This document shows, in pieces, positions 13,452-25,937 of a stretch of DNA of 64,000 nt. The notes beneath the pieces are model-generated. The model saw only the letters and a list, made by a program, of their open reading frames with translations. It was not told where the DNA came from and made no database searches. The DNA is from Octopus sinensis. Its lineage: Eukaryota. Positions within the stretch are counted from its first letter, which is position 1, and every line of letters starts with the position of its first letter. The DNA is taken from NCBI RefSeq assembly GCF_006345805.1, contig NC_043010.1:63364001-63428000 (forward strand), given 5' to 3'. Made by a program: the position numbers and the translations under genes.

Positions 13452-13685
13452 TACATATATATATTTATTTATATATGTATGTATATACACACGCACTTAC
13501 ACACACACACTCATATATATATATATAAACAGACCTATGTAGTGTATACATACATATTACATTCCCTATTTTATTACCTTTTATTTTGTTTTTTACTAAT
13601 TTCACTCGGTAGACTGTGGCCATGCTGGGGCAGGGCCTTTAAGGATGTGTGTGTGTGTATACATACATACACTTACACATATATG

Positions 13686-13810
13686 GTTTACTTTAAAACT
13701 AAACTCGATCTCTTCTTGTCAGGGGTTCCAGATGAACCTACCTCGCAGCAGGAAACACAGATGCGGGCAGCGGCGTCGAACTCCCTTCTTGACCAAGTGC
13801 CACGTATCAA
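13686..13810 (+). mobile_element. 3'-terminal fragment of a CR1/L2-group LINE
   Basis: Translates as FKTKLDLFLSGVPDEPTSQQETQMRAAASNSLLDQV, resembling the FK..LD.FL..VPD.P...RAA.SNSL ORF2 terminus of CR1/L2-group elements. Confidence 0.65.
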
Positions 13811-14267
13811 GGTGGTTTCACATACTAGTGTAGCACAGTCACTGGTGGTGCCCCAGCATGGCTGCAGCATTCAGGAAACTGGGAAAAAAATTTTTGGTAT
13901 AATTTATTCATCATTACACATGTTCCATTTGCTAATAGGAGTTACAAACTTGTACATGTAGGAGACACATGTAAGATATCTTCTACTAGAAATCCTTCAG
14001 ACAGAGAATCAAATTACATGTATATATAAATTCAATTAGAAGTTAAATAGGCCTCATACACTTAACACATAAAAACGTAATGGTATATCTCTTTTTCTAC
14101 CTCCGACGAGAGTCTACTTTATAATGAGTTAATTATTTTAATTAAAATCTTTAAAGTCTGAATCAAAATAGCTGTAGGGATTATATCTCTTTTTTTAATT
14201 AATAAATATAATTATTAATTGATTTATCTCTATTTTCTTATTTTTCTTATATCATGTTATATATAAA

Positions 14268-14519
14268 TTGGGTGGTTGCATGATTATTGCGGCTTTTTTT
14301 TCAACAAATTTTATTCAACAAAAACAATAACAATATTTAACAAAAACACTTTTAAATGATGGTCTGATCAGCTGCCAAGCAAATGGGAAGCAGTAATTGA
14401 AGTAGATGGTGAATATGCTCCGGAATAATCACTTAAAGATGTTTTTGTTACATGTTCTTATTGTTTTTGTTGAATAAAATTTGTTGAAAAAAAGCCACAA
14501 TAATTATGCACCAACCCAA
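14268..14519 (+). mobile_element. Mariner-derived MITE with about 93-bp inverted arms
   Basis: Ends TTGGGTGGTTGCATGATTATTGCGGC / GCCACAATAATTATGCACCAACCCAA resemble mariner TIRs, with TA on the right. The spacer 14361-14426 translates DQLPSKWEAVIEVDGEYAPE*, a mariner transposase C-terminus. Confidence 0.85.
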
Positions 14520-14616
14520 TATAATATATATAATATATACATATATAACTAAAAGTTCTATTATAGGTAAGGGTCAATGAAAGAAAGTATTTTCTCCTGT
14601 TAGAGATAAATATCAT

Positions 14617-14785
14617 TTAATATACACAATTACAAAGCAAGTCAATAGTTTCATGCTTTGAGATACATTAAGAACTGAGCCTAAAATATTGCTTGGAGAT
14701 ACATCACATATTATATAAATCTGAAAATTGAACATATCTTAAAGCATGAAACTGTTAGCAGCTCTTTTGTAATTGTGTATATTAA
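14617..14785. repeat. Imperfect inverted repeat with about 48-bp arms
   Basis: TTAATATACACAATTACAAAG...TTTCATGCTTTGAGAT versus ATCTTAAAGCATGAAAC...TTTGTAATTGTGTATATTAA. Confidence 0.75.
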
Positions 14786-14845
14786 GATATATATATATAT
14801 ATATATAGATAGATAGATATACATACATATATATATATATATATA

Positions 14846-14886
<41 letters not shown>

Positions 14887-15259
14887 TATAATATATAAAT
14901 TAGAAAAAAACCACTATTAATATTAATATTAAGAGTGATTGTTTTGTTAAATAGTTTGATAATTAAATATTAGAGTATAACTAGGTTAAAGATATTCTAT
15001 AGTTTATTAATTTTTTTTTATTAAGCTAATTTATATCTTCACAGATAAATACATTTTTCTATCTATTTACTCTATTTTTTTACTGTAAATATTTAACATA
15101 ATAAATGTGTAGTAGGCAACTGGTCCTAATATTTTAAGTTTCAAATTTAGTTAATAGTCTTTCTTCTACAAGAAAAATCATTATTTTAATTATTTTATTT
15201 TTTGCAATAAATATTGTTTAAATCTATTTGTTTATTTAACTATTATTGTTATTATTGTT

Positions 15260-15359
15260 AACCTGAAGAGTGACTATAATTTTAAATTGAATTGATTTTT
15301 GATTAAATCTAATTTAATTGTAATTCCAATTTAATTATAGCCATGAAACATATGTAGTT
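15260..15359 (+). ncRNA. Type I hammerhead ribozyme motif (slightly diverged) in a Penelope-like remnant
   Basis: AAC-CTGAAGA-GTGACTATAATT..AATTATAGCCAT-GAAAC-ATAT-GTA-GTT: conserved core, 12-bp stem II with 1 mismatch and 1 G-U pair, palindromic stem III loop and GUA cleavage triplet. Confidence 0.7.
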
Positions 15360-15637
15360 TTTTTTTACTTATTATATATTGATTATTTATTTTTATACTT
15401 TTTGTGATCTAATTATATGTTTAAAAGAAAATTATATTAAGCTGGCGTGTGTAGAAGTAAAGCCTTACGGCAGGAACATAGATGATAAAGGTCATGGAAA
15501 GAAATATGATATATATATATATGTATATATGATTCTCTGTCTGAATAACTCCCCAATTCCTCCTCTAATACACTGAGCTCTCCACAAAATCATTCCAACT
15601 TTAATCTTTCTGTCAGCACCTCAAATGTAAGATTTCT

Positions 15638-15728
15638 TCCCTGAAGACGGAGGCTTGTATCATCCGATGATGGAATCAATTTACAATCATTATTTTGGAC
15701 CACCAATCCCCCAGAAACAGCTGTTGGG
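15638..15728 (+). ncRNA. Degenerate type I hammerhead motif (different family)
   Basis: TCC-CTGAAGA-CGGAGG..CCCCCA-GAAAC-AGCT-GTT-GGG. Core motifs are present, but stem II is imperfect and the triplet is GUU. Confidence 0.45.
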
Positions 15729-15814
15729 TTTTTAATAAACTTCTTCAGCCCCTTTAATTCTTGATGTCATTTCTATTCTGTGTAAGTTGGACGTTTTTGT
15801 ATCTTTTTTTTCTT

Positions 15815-16140
15815 TTATTCGTTTGTCATTTGACTGTGGCCATGCTGGAGCACCACCTTTAGTCCAATAACTCGACTCTAGTACTTATTCTCTCAGTCAC
15901 TTTTGCCAAACTGCTAAGTTGCAAGGACATAAACACACCAACATTGGTTGTCAAGCAATGGTGGGAGAACAAACACAGACACAAAGACACACATTGTGGG
16001 CTTCTTTCAGTTTCCATCTACCAAGGTTTTGGTTGGCCTGAGGCTGTAGTAGAAGACACTTGCCCAAGGTGTCATGCAGTGAGACTGAACCCAGAACCTT
16101 GTGGTCAGAAAGCAAGCTACTTACCACACAGCCATGCCTG
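15815..16140 (-). mobile_element. SINE family C
   Basis: Diverged reverse copy. Confidence 0.8.
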
Positions 16141-16303
16141 CACCTATGTACATAAACATGTTATTTTTTTTATTGTATTTGATATACTTTGTGTATCGGC
16201 CTGCCTAACTTGCTTATCCCTAAACTTACCTCTCTACCTGCGCAAGTATAAACCTCTGGAGCACTACAAAGTGTATTCTATATACTTGTATGTATGTATG
16301 TGT

Positions 16304-16682
16304 GGAGGTGCAATGGCCCAGTGATTAAGGCAGCAGACTCGCAGTCATACGATTGTGGTTTTAATTCCCAGGCCGGGTGTTGCAAGTGTTTATTGAGTGA
16401 AAACACCTAAAGCTCCACGAGGCTTGGACATAGGCTGGTGGTGAACCCTGCTGTACTCTTTCACCACAACTTTCTCTCACTCCTTACTCCTATTTCAGTT
16501 GTACCTGTAATTCAAAGGTCCAGCCTTGTCACACTCTGTGTCATATTGAATCTCCCTGATAACTACATTAAGAGTTCAAGTGTCTGTGGAGTGCTCAGCC
16601 ACTTGCACGTTAATTTCATGAGCAGGCTCTTCCATTGATCGGATCAACTGGAACCCTTGTCATCATAACCAACGGAGTGCCA
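16304..16682 (+). mobile_element. SINE family A
   Basis: Colinear with 160-531. Confidence 0.85.
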
Positions 16683-18229
16683 GAAAAAAGAAAAAAATGT
16701 ATGTACGTATGTATGTATAAACCTATTTGTGTGTGTCTTTATGTATGCATTTTTTCTCCATTACCACTTGGTTTGGTTATACATCTGTAACTTAGTGGTT
16801 TGGCAACAAGACACTGATAGAATAAGTACCTGGCTTTACAAAAAAAAGGTTCTAAGGTTGATTTGTTTTACTAAAGCCTTCAAGGCAGGGCTCAGCATGG
16901 CTGTAATCCAATGACTGATACAAATAAAATGTATTTCCTCCCTTAAACTGAAGGAAGCAAGTCATTCCTGGAAAGGGCTGCTTCATCATAAAGGCGGAAC
17001 CAAAGTTGACTGTATCTCTCTTAACCCTTTGCAACTGTTACACCTTTGCCCCTATCATGGTGGTTTATGGTTGAAGGCTCCCAGTAGCATGCCCCACCTG
17101 TTCCAGTTGTCACTTACCTTTAATTGTTAACTTTCTTGAAATGCTTAGGTTGTTGTCTGTTTGAAGGACGTTCACAGGAGAATAGACAGAAATGAAGGTT
17201 GTTTGTGAAGAGTGGATACAAGACGTTTTGACACTTCTGTTCTGGTACTGCCATTTTAGCATTGCTGATGCGACAGCAACCAACTTATGCAACACCAGGC
17301 ATTTGAATGCTTTGTTTTAAGGCTCCTTTAGTCAGGAGTGGTGTTTGGCATTCTTCAGATGCTGTTTTGGTGGCTGTTGAGTCAGCAAATGAAAATGTAT
17401 TTTTCAGACTGCATCAATGAGTAACTAACAACACTCACAGACAATTTTATTACAGAATATCTTATTACTGCACAACATGGTGTCTTATGTGTTTATCTTT
17501 TGCAAATACTAACAGCAATAAATACACCAGGAAAGACATACTGCTTGGGGTCTGTGACAAGTTAACCAACATGACAATCTGTAGCTGACTCATCTCAACT
17601 GGCAAAGAACCCACACTATATTCATGGTGACAAAAATCCCTGTCTACTAACTGCCATCTGTCTTAATCAGCTGAATGTGATGAGAATGGAGACGTTGCGA
17701 GGCTGCCTCAAAATTCCGTGATTATCCCCAAAAGACACCTTCATATAGGGCACAATGAAAAGGGTCCAGAAAATTCAATCCTACAATGGCTTGATGCTGA
17801 TTGGTTGCTGAACAGGCAGATCACGTGAAACTACTGTGGCTTGTTTGTGATGTCTGCTTGGCTTCCTAGTAATTTGGTTTCAATCACTGCAACACTTCTC
17901 TCTCTCTCTCTCTCTCTCTCCCTGTATATTATGTGATCATATTTCTTTTTATATGTATGAGGAGAGGGCAAGTATTTTATGTCAATAATATTCAATCAAT
18001 ACATTGTAATGTCTCTCTTTCATTCTATCTGTATGTGTATATTTCTGTGTGTGTGTGTGTGTGTTTGTCTCCAGCTCTACAAAGGACTGTCACCAAAACA
18101 GGCTGAATGTCCAGTCAACCAGGCCATATTCCCAGTATCCAAACAGCTGTACCCAGTTCCAGTGGTGAGCCATCTCCAGTCTCTGTTTCCCGAACTCTAT
18201 CAATCCTCTGACCATGACGAGGGGACATC

Positions 18230-18480
18230 TTACGGGTGCAGCAAAGTAGCAGAGCTACCTAAAGAGCAAGCTTGATACCAGATGGCAGTTGTTATAAGAC
18301 TGGGTCTTCTTCCTACGAGGCTTCTCTATTGCTGTTACCCAATGGACTTGTAGATGGCAATTAACTTTAAGAAGCTCAGCCACCCTGTGACAGGCCATGC
18401 TTTTAAACCTACCAGATTTCCGCAACACTCTCCTGGTGGAATGAATCAAATGGCCGGACCAGTTTAGTCATTGATCACTC
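18230..18480 (-). mobile_element. Possible highly decayed RTE-type LINE fragment
   Basis: The minus strand gives LNWSGHLIHS and, after a frameshift, KHGLSQGG, loosely like RTE LRWSGHLVRM...GKRSQGGQ. Weak. Confidence 0.3.
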
Positions 18481-18570
18481 AACCATGTGACAGGTAGTAC
18501 TGGGTTTATATAAGTCCTGAAGTAATTATTATCCTACCTATGTCTCTCTCTCATTATCTGTCTGTTTGCC

Positions 18571-18609
<39 letters not shown>

Positions 18610-18730
18610 TTCTCTATCTATCTATCTATCTATCTATATATTTATCTATCTATTCATCTATCTATCTATCTATCTGTCTATCTGTATATCTATCTATATA
18701 ACAACAACAACAACAACAGAAACAATAGTA

Positions 18731-18765
<35 letters not shown>

Positions 18766-18853
18766 TATCCTTTCTACTATACGCACAGGGCCTGAAATTT
18801 TGAGGAAGGGATAAGGCAATCACATCGACCCCAGTACTTGATTGGTATGTCAC

Positions 18854-18895
<42 letters not shown>

Positions 18896-19690
18896 CTCCC
18901 CATTTTTACAAGGCAATTGGATAAAACTAGATGATGGGGACTTTCAATTTTCTGGTCCTGAGAACAAAGCAATATTTGCCTCCATCCCTGAAGCAGTGAC
19001 CATTGGTGTTCTAAACACAATAAACTACATTTTGTAACTTGTTATTGTTGCTGCCTCTGTTGTTGTCTATTATTGTCTTTCTTCTGCAAAGGGATCTTAC
19101 TGTCTCATAGTAAGACTGTTTGCTTTTTTAACCTTTCCCTAGCAGTCAATTTAGTTTTCTTTTTTACACCTATAATAAGGTACAACTCCAGAATAATTGT
19201 GAATCAACACTGGTCATCAAGACCTCCATATCTACCTGACCACAGGTTTTTTTTTCCATTTTATCTCTTAACTAAAAGCCAAGGCTCAGCATCATTAGAA
19301 ATGTCCATGGTGATAACCCTTGAGTCACATCATTCTGTACATTACGGCAACAGCCAAAGCACAGGTGAGCGATACATCAACTTCACCTGTCACCTCCACT
19401 CTTCTTTTGTATTAGACACCAGAAAAATGTTTCCATATGCTCCAGCTTGGTCAACAGAACACATATTGAGTCACACATTGGCTACGATTTCTTCCAACAG
19501 TTCTTGTGCAATGACCTGGAAGCCATCAGTATTTTAGTTAAAGAAAGGTAAATAATTTCCTACTTTATTTCTTGCAGAAAAAAGCATTATCCCTCATAAA
19601 ACACATCTCCCACGTTTTTATTTCCTGGTGGCCAACCAATATGCAGCTCCTCAGTTTCATTCACTACAATTAGTAAAACTATTTTCATTG

Positions 19691-19956
19691 TGTTGTGTCT
19701 GGGGAGAGTCATTTTCTTTTTGTGCCTTATAATGTAACACACTCACCGGTAAAATTTCCACTTTTTTCTTATTTTTATTTCCCTAAAATTTTCGTTGCAT
19801 CTTGCAACCTTTTCAGTAGTTTTGACTCTTTTGAAAAGGTTGCAAGACACAGCGAAAATTTTAGGAAAATAAAAATAAGAAAAAAGTGGAAATTTTACCG
19901 GTGAGTGTGTTACATTATAAGGCACAAAAAGAGAAACACTCTCCTCAGACACAACA
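19691..19956. mobile_element. Foldback MITE-like element with about 125-bp arms and a 16-nt loop
   Basis: 19691-19815 is the reverse complement of 19832-19956 with few mismatches. A single-arm fragment recurs near 62355-62450. Confidence 0.85.
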
Positions 19957-20094
19957 GAATATGCTTCAACACACAAACTCATATAAAGAATCTTGCAAAC
20001 CAAATCCAAAAACGAAATATTTTCATTGTATTTAATTTTATTGGAGATAACATTCTTTTATTTGTTACAATGTCCGCTTGTACAAATGCCCAGG

Positions 20095-20876
20095 TTGTTT
20101 GTTCTCCACCAACACTTCTGTGTTAACCATCCACATTGAACACTCAGCATTACCTCTTCACCATTAACACTGTTCAGTGTTAACTGTTCACTACCAGCAC
20201 TGCTTATTGTTAACTGTTCGTCATTAACATTGTTCAGTGTTAATTGTTCACGACCACAGCTCAGTGTTAAATACTCACCACCAATGCTGTTCAGTGTTAG
20301 TTGTTCACTACCAACACCACTCTGTATGAACTGCTCACCACTAACACTGCCTTGTATTATCTGTTCACCAATACTGCTCAGTGTTAACAATTCACCACCA
20401 ACGTTGCTCAGTGTTGTCTGTTCACCACCAACACTGCTCATTGTTAACTGTTCTCTGTTCACACTGCTTAGTAGCAACTATTTACCACCAACACTGCATA
20501 GTGTTAACTGTTCACCACTAACATTGCTCAGAATTCTTTCTCCTTCACCAACACTGTTCAGTGTTAATCGTTCACTACTAGCATTGCTCATTGTTAACTA
20601 TTTACCACCATTACCACTACAACTGCTGAGTACTCACCATCAATGCTGTTCAGTGTTAATTGTTCACCACTAACATTGCTCAGTGTTAACTATTTACTAC
20701 CAAACCATTCAGTGTTGTCTGTTCACAACCAACATTACTCAATGTCAACTGTTCACAAACACCACTGCTTATTGGTGTCTGTTTACCAGCACCACTCAGT
20801 GTTAATTGTTTACCATCAATGCTGTTCTGTGTTAACTATTCATCAATAGCACTGCTCATTGTTGCCTGTTCACCAC
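20095..20876. repeat. Minisatellite with a 30-bp unit (AACACTGCTCAGTGTTAACTGTTCACCACC), about 26 diverged copies
   Basis: Periodic units visible; some are shortened to 27 bp. Confidence 0.9.
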
Positions 20877-22206
20877 TCTGATTTCTATTATAGCCCTGGG
20901 CTGTTCAAAGCCTTGTGAATGGATTTGGTAAATGGAAACTAACAGAAGCCTATCATGTGCATATATTTATATGTGGTGATGATGATGATGATGTGTGTGT
21001 CACACAAGCACTGTCTTTTGTTTCCTATCTTCCATGCGAACATTAGCAGCCAAGGGACAAAATTTACCTTGATTTGAAACAGGTGAGGATTGGTAACAGG
21101 AAAGGCATCTCACCACAGAAAACCTGCCTATAACTCAGGAGTTTGGCAAAAGAAGCCAACAAAATACTAGGCTAAACAAAAATAAAAAAAGTACTGGGAT
21201 TGATTCATTCAAATAAGAATTTTTCAAGGTGGTGCTCCAGCATGGCCACAGTCTAATTACTGAAACAAGTAAAAGATGGAAGATCGAGATAAAAAAAACC
21301 AGATGTGAGACAAATGAAACAGAGATTATAGTTAAGTCGATTTGGTTCTATTTTTAGAGTCCAGCCTCCTCAGCAGTAAATGTTCCCAACTCTCTCTTTC
21401 TACAGTTTGTTGCCACATGTCATAGCTCTATACTCTTGCCATCTCAAAAGGATCATAGGTGAAGCTGATATTCTTTTCTACTCTAGGCACAAGGCCCAAG
21501 ATTTTGGGAGCTGGGTGGGGGCAGTCGATTAGATCGACCCCAGTATGTCACCTTTATTTCACTTCCTTTCACATTAATCCAGTCCACTCAGCTACCAAAA
21601 TGAGGAGTACTTGTATTTGAAAAGGCCAACCTTCTCACACTCTGTGTCATGCTGAATCTCTCAGGGCATTATGTTAAGGATACATGTGTCTATGGAGTTC
21701 TCAGCCACTTGCAGGTCAATTTTGCGAGCAGGCTGTTCCATCGATTGGATCAACTGGAACCCTCATTGTCATAACCGATGGAGTGCCACTTTATTGAGAT
21801 TGGTGTAACTACAAGAGTTGTGTTCATTCAGAAATCTTCTCTGTTGGGAGCAACAAGGATTGTCAGAAAGTTTCTTGATATCTAAAAGAATTGGTTACAA
21901 CCCAGAATCAAGGACACTGGGTTTGAATTGAAAACATTCATGTACACCCTGAATAATAAGGAATCTTTTGAGTGGGATGGGCAACACAATCTGAAGAAAA
22001 TTCTAACTGGGCCCCACCTGCAAGGTCATGCATTGTTTATCTTGATATGAGATCATCATGGCACGCACATATGGTTGTGATGCATGTGCCTGGTATACCC
22101 TTATCAGACGGGTAGTCATGATGGGTATACTGGGCTTTGTATATTTGTACCCCAGTATCACTTTGATGGTATGCACTGCTTTCTTACTCAGTAATAATAA
22201 TAATAA

Positions 22207-22274
<68 letters not shown>

Positions 22275-23442
22275 GCCAGTCATGTAATAGATGGGACTCT
22301 TAGACTGAAAAAAGAAAACAATAATTAAAAAAAAATGAAACAGAAAATTTTCTTTTTCTCTTTAGACTTAAAAATTAAATTCCTATTTTCCTATTTCTTA
22401 CAAATGCTACCAAACCATTAGTAAATACAATGTGTATGGGAAAGAGGAGGAAGAAGAGAGAGAGAGAGGGGGGAAGAGAAAAAGATGTGTGTGGGGTGGA
22501 TGGCTGCAGGGTGATGAGAAGATGGCTAGATTAGAATTAACTGCAGATTAAAATAAAACTGAAACTAAACAAACATAAAAACATGCTAATTAATAGCTCA
22601 TCTAATCTGCTGTGTCATGAAATGTGTCGTTTCATTTAATTATTATTATCTCATTAAAAATTTTCTTCAATAACCGCACCCCCCCCACACACATCTACCC
22701 ATCTTCTCGCCTGTTCCTGCCACCACCACCAGCCAATGCCTGCCACTGCCACCACCACCACCACCACCACCATCACTGCCCACCACCACCACCACCACCA
22801 TTGGGGTTTTTTTCCAGATTTTCTTCCGATTTCTCTTTCTCCCCCATTTTTTAAAAAATTTAATTTTTATTTCTTGTTTTCCTTTTCTTTATTGTTTTTT
22901 TCTCTCTCTCTCTCCATATTTAATGTCTCTAAGACACTCTAATTCTAACTCTTCTCACCTTAGGCTTCATGCCTAATTAATAAATTATTGCTTATTGTTA
23001 TTGTTTGTTTTTCTTTATAATTGTTTTTAGTGGCAAAATTAATAACCACCATCATCATCATTACTGGGGCAGAGGGCATCAAAATCACCACCACTGCAAT
23101 CATTGCTTCCACCACCACCACCACTACCATCACCATCATCATCATCATCATCATGACTGATTTTCTACCAAGTCAGGCGTGTATACTCTCATGTGAAGCT
23201 GTGATTTTCATGCCTGTCCCAAACAAAGTACAGATTATAATTGAAATCAACTGGCTACAATTAAGACTGGCTGACAGAGTGGACATGTCGTCCCATCACC
23301 ATATGATTGTGAGTTGGATGCTCTGACCACCAGGCGTGGGCCACATGCTACCAAATTCAACAAAGACCTCCAGATACTGACAAACATGAACCAGGAGCAA
23401 ACACCAGGGGTAAGACCTGAAAAGGAGAAAAAACCTCAGTAT

Positions 23443-24018
23443 TTAACCCTTTAGCATTCAGATTACTCTGTCAAATGTAATAATGTATATTTATGACCTC
23501 TGCCTTAGCAAAGGCAGAGGTATTGTTTTCACTTGTGTTTGTTTGTTTGTCCGTGGACAAGATATCTCAAGAACCGCTGGATGGATTCTGATGAAACTTT
23601 CAGGGATGTTTGGCCTCATGACTGGCATGAACTGATTAGATTTTGGGATCGATCCAGTACTCTGGATGATTTTTTCCATTTCTTTTACTTAATTGTTGAG
23701 AGCGGTCGGGTTCATTTTTAGTATTCTTGTTTGTGAGAGCAATCGAGTTTATTTCAGATATTCTCATTTTAAAAATCATCTCAGGCTTAATTGTTGAGAG
23801 GACGTTGGTGTTGCCTTGGTGGAGGTTTGTACTCTCTAAGTGCTCTTATTCACATTGTTTTTAACTGATTATGCATTATCTCATAGCTTTATGATGTGAT
23901 TGTATATTTTTAGAATGACATTATAGGGTAGGTGTGAGAAGCCAGATCTGGCTGGTGTGAATATAAAACAGTTAGAATATTCTGGCTGGATGCGGTCAGT
24001 TTAAAAACTAAAAGGTTA
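23443..24018. mobile_element. piggyBac-like MITE (TTAA-CCCTTTAGC...CTAAAAGG-TTA) interrupted by the element at 23491-23848
   Basis: Degenerate terminal inverted repeats starting CCC next to TTAA. Confidence 0.5.
23491..23848 (+). mobile_element. Helentron-associated non-autonomous element (HINE/DINE-1-like)
   Basis: 5' hairpin ACCTCTGCCTT-AGCA-AAGGCAGAGGT, a (GTTT)n tract, GATATCTCAAGAACCGCTGGATGGATT..GATGAAACTT, and a 3' subterminal GCCTTGGTGGAGGT followed by TACTCTCTAAGTGCT. Confidence 0.65.
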
Positions 24019-24861
24019 CGATTAAGAAAGGAGTTAAGCAAAGCTGTGTCCTTTTAGGCAGTGTGGTTGATAAGGAGATTTGGTAGTTGCTTCTAGCACG
24101 TAAAGTGTCTACACACAGGCTCATGTCTTTGTTGTTGTTCATATTTAGCCCCAGGTCAGCTCAAACTGAATAGAGCTATGATCAATGATCAAAAGTATCT
24201 CAATTATGACATTTCCAACATTTTCTCAGGCGTAGCAAAGATAAGATTATGTCGTCCGATATAACCTTTCATTTTGGCTTAGAATGCAGAAGAGTGCCTC
24301 ACTAGTTAGCCCAAGGGCCATTTAGTTATGTCCCTATAACTTAGCCGTTTGGCAAAAGAGACTGAAGAATAAGCGCTAGGCTAGAAAAACAAAAAAACAG
24401 TACTGGGATTGATTCATTCAACTGAAAACTCTTTAAGGGGGTCTCCCAGCATGACCACAACCTAATGACTGAAACATGGTGGCATGAGATGGGCAGGTTT
24501 AGCCACCAGCCACTGTCCTTCATCTCAGCAACTAATGCAGTTTTCATATGGCTTTGGTCTTCGCCTTAACACTTGTTACTGTACTTAACCTCACACATAT
24601 TTATAAACATATTCTCTCTCTCTTTCTCTTTCTCATATATATGTGTGTTGAAATCATAGTGATATCTGTTTGGCAGCTGATGTTGGAAAACCACATTTGT
24701 TATGCTTGATTGTGAATTTTTTATATCTTGGTCTTGTTCTTCATTCTAGTAAAGTGGAAAGTGATTGTGGGGATTACCTAGTTGGTTTTTCTTCATAAGC
24801 AATTTAATTAGGCTTAGATAATGCTTAGACATTGGTGCCTAGTGGGGTTCTGAGGCATATA

Positions 24862-25057
24862 TACAAGGGGGTGCTGAAAGGTTCCTGGTTTTGGGTAAAA
24901 GAAAATACAGGAGGATCAGTTAATTATGATTTTATTCAACATATTTCCCTCTCAGACTCTCACACTTATTGCAAGTCCTTCAGTTTTTCTAAGCCCTATA
25001 AAAGACCTCAGAAGGTTGGGCCTCCAACCTGGCCTTTCATGATACCCTTAAAGCCAA
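24862..25057 (-). mobile_element. Mariner-derived MITE, one end truncated by a family B repeat
   Basis: TA-CAAGGGGGTGCTGAAAGGTTCCTGG terminus; minus-strand CNKCESLRGKYVE* transposase tail. Confidence 0.75.
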
Positions 25058-25937
25058 TGTTCCATGCTGGCATGGGTTGGATAGTTTGAGAGGGGCCAAT
25101 GGATCTAAGGACTGCACCATGCCCCAGTGTCTGCTTTCTATATGTGGATGCCCTAACACTGACTACTAGGTACATTTCTGTACTCCCAGCACTACTGTAT
25201 GGTGGTCTCATTAGTGCTGGTGGCATGGAAAAAGACACCCAGTACATACTGCAAAGTGGTTGGTATTAAGAAAAGCACCCAGCCATAGAAACCATAGCAA
25301 AGCAAACGCTGTTATCTTTATGTCCATTCGGTTCTGGCAAACTGTCCAATCCAACGGAACATGACACTTGTCTCAGTCATTAGACTGCGGCCATGCTGGG
25401 GCACCACCTTGAAGCATTTTCAGTCAAATGAATCGACCACAGTACTTAATTTTCCTCTTTTCTTTTTACTAAGCCTGGGACTTATTCTATCAATCTCTTT
25501 TACCAAACTGTTAATCTATGGGAATGTAAACACACCAACACTGGTTGACAAGTGGTGGTGGGAGACAAACACAGACACAGACACACACACATACATTTAT
25601 CAATTCATAATAGAATATAAGGATAAAATATACATTAATGATTTTTATCAGGTAGTCAGCATGCTATAAAAATTCATAGGTAATTTATATATTAAATTAA
25701 TAATAATATACCTATGTATATAATTATTAATTTAATTTAATTTATTACATATATATATATATATATATGATGGGCTTCTTCTAGCTTCCGTCTACCAAAT
25801 CTACTCACAAGGCTTTGGTTGGCCTGAAGCCATAATAGAAGACAACTTGCTCAAAATGCCACACAGTGGGACTGAACCCGGAACCATGTGATTAGGAAGC
25901 AGTCTTCTTACCATGCAACCGCAATATATATAATATA

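Noticed and set aside
13890-14005. Dispersed repeat (second copy at about 51890-52010) with TCTTCAG/CCTTCAG and ACATGT, suggesting a minus-strand hammerhead
   Set aside because: Neither copy has the required GAAA next to the palindrome.
14891-15480. Very AT-rich stretch resembling a mitochondrial insertion (NUMT)
   Set aside because: No recognizable mitochondrial tRNA, rRNA or ORF. The terminal motif and hammerhead point to a Penelope-like element instead.
20095-20876. CRISPR-like array of palindromic 30-bp repeats
   Set aside because: There are no unique spacers, the units are contiguous and diverged, there are no cas genes, and the context is eukaryotic.
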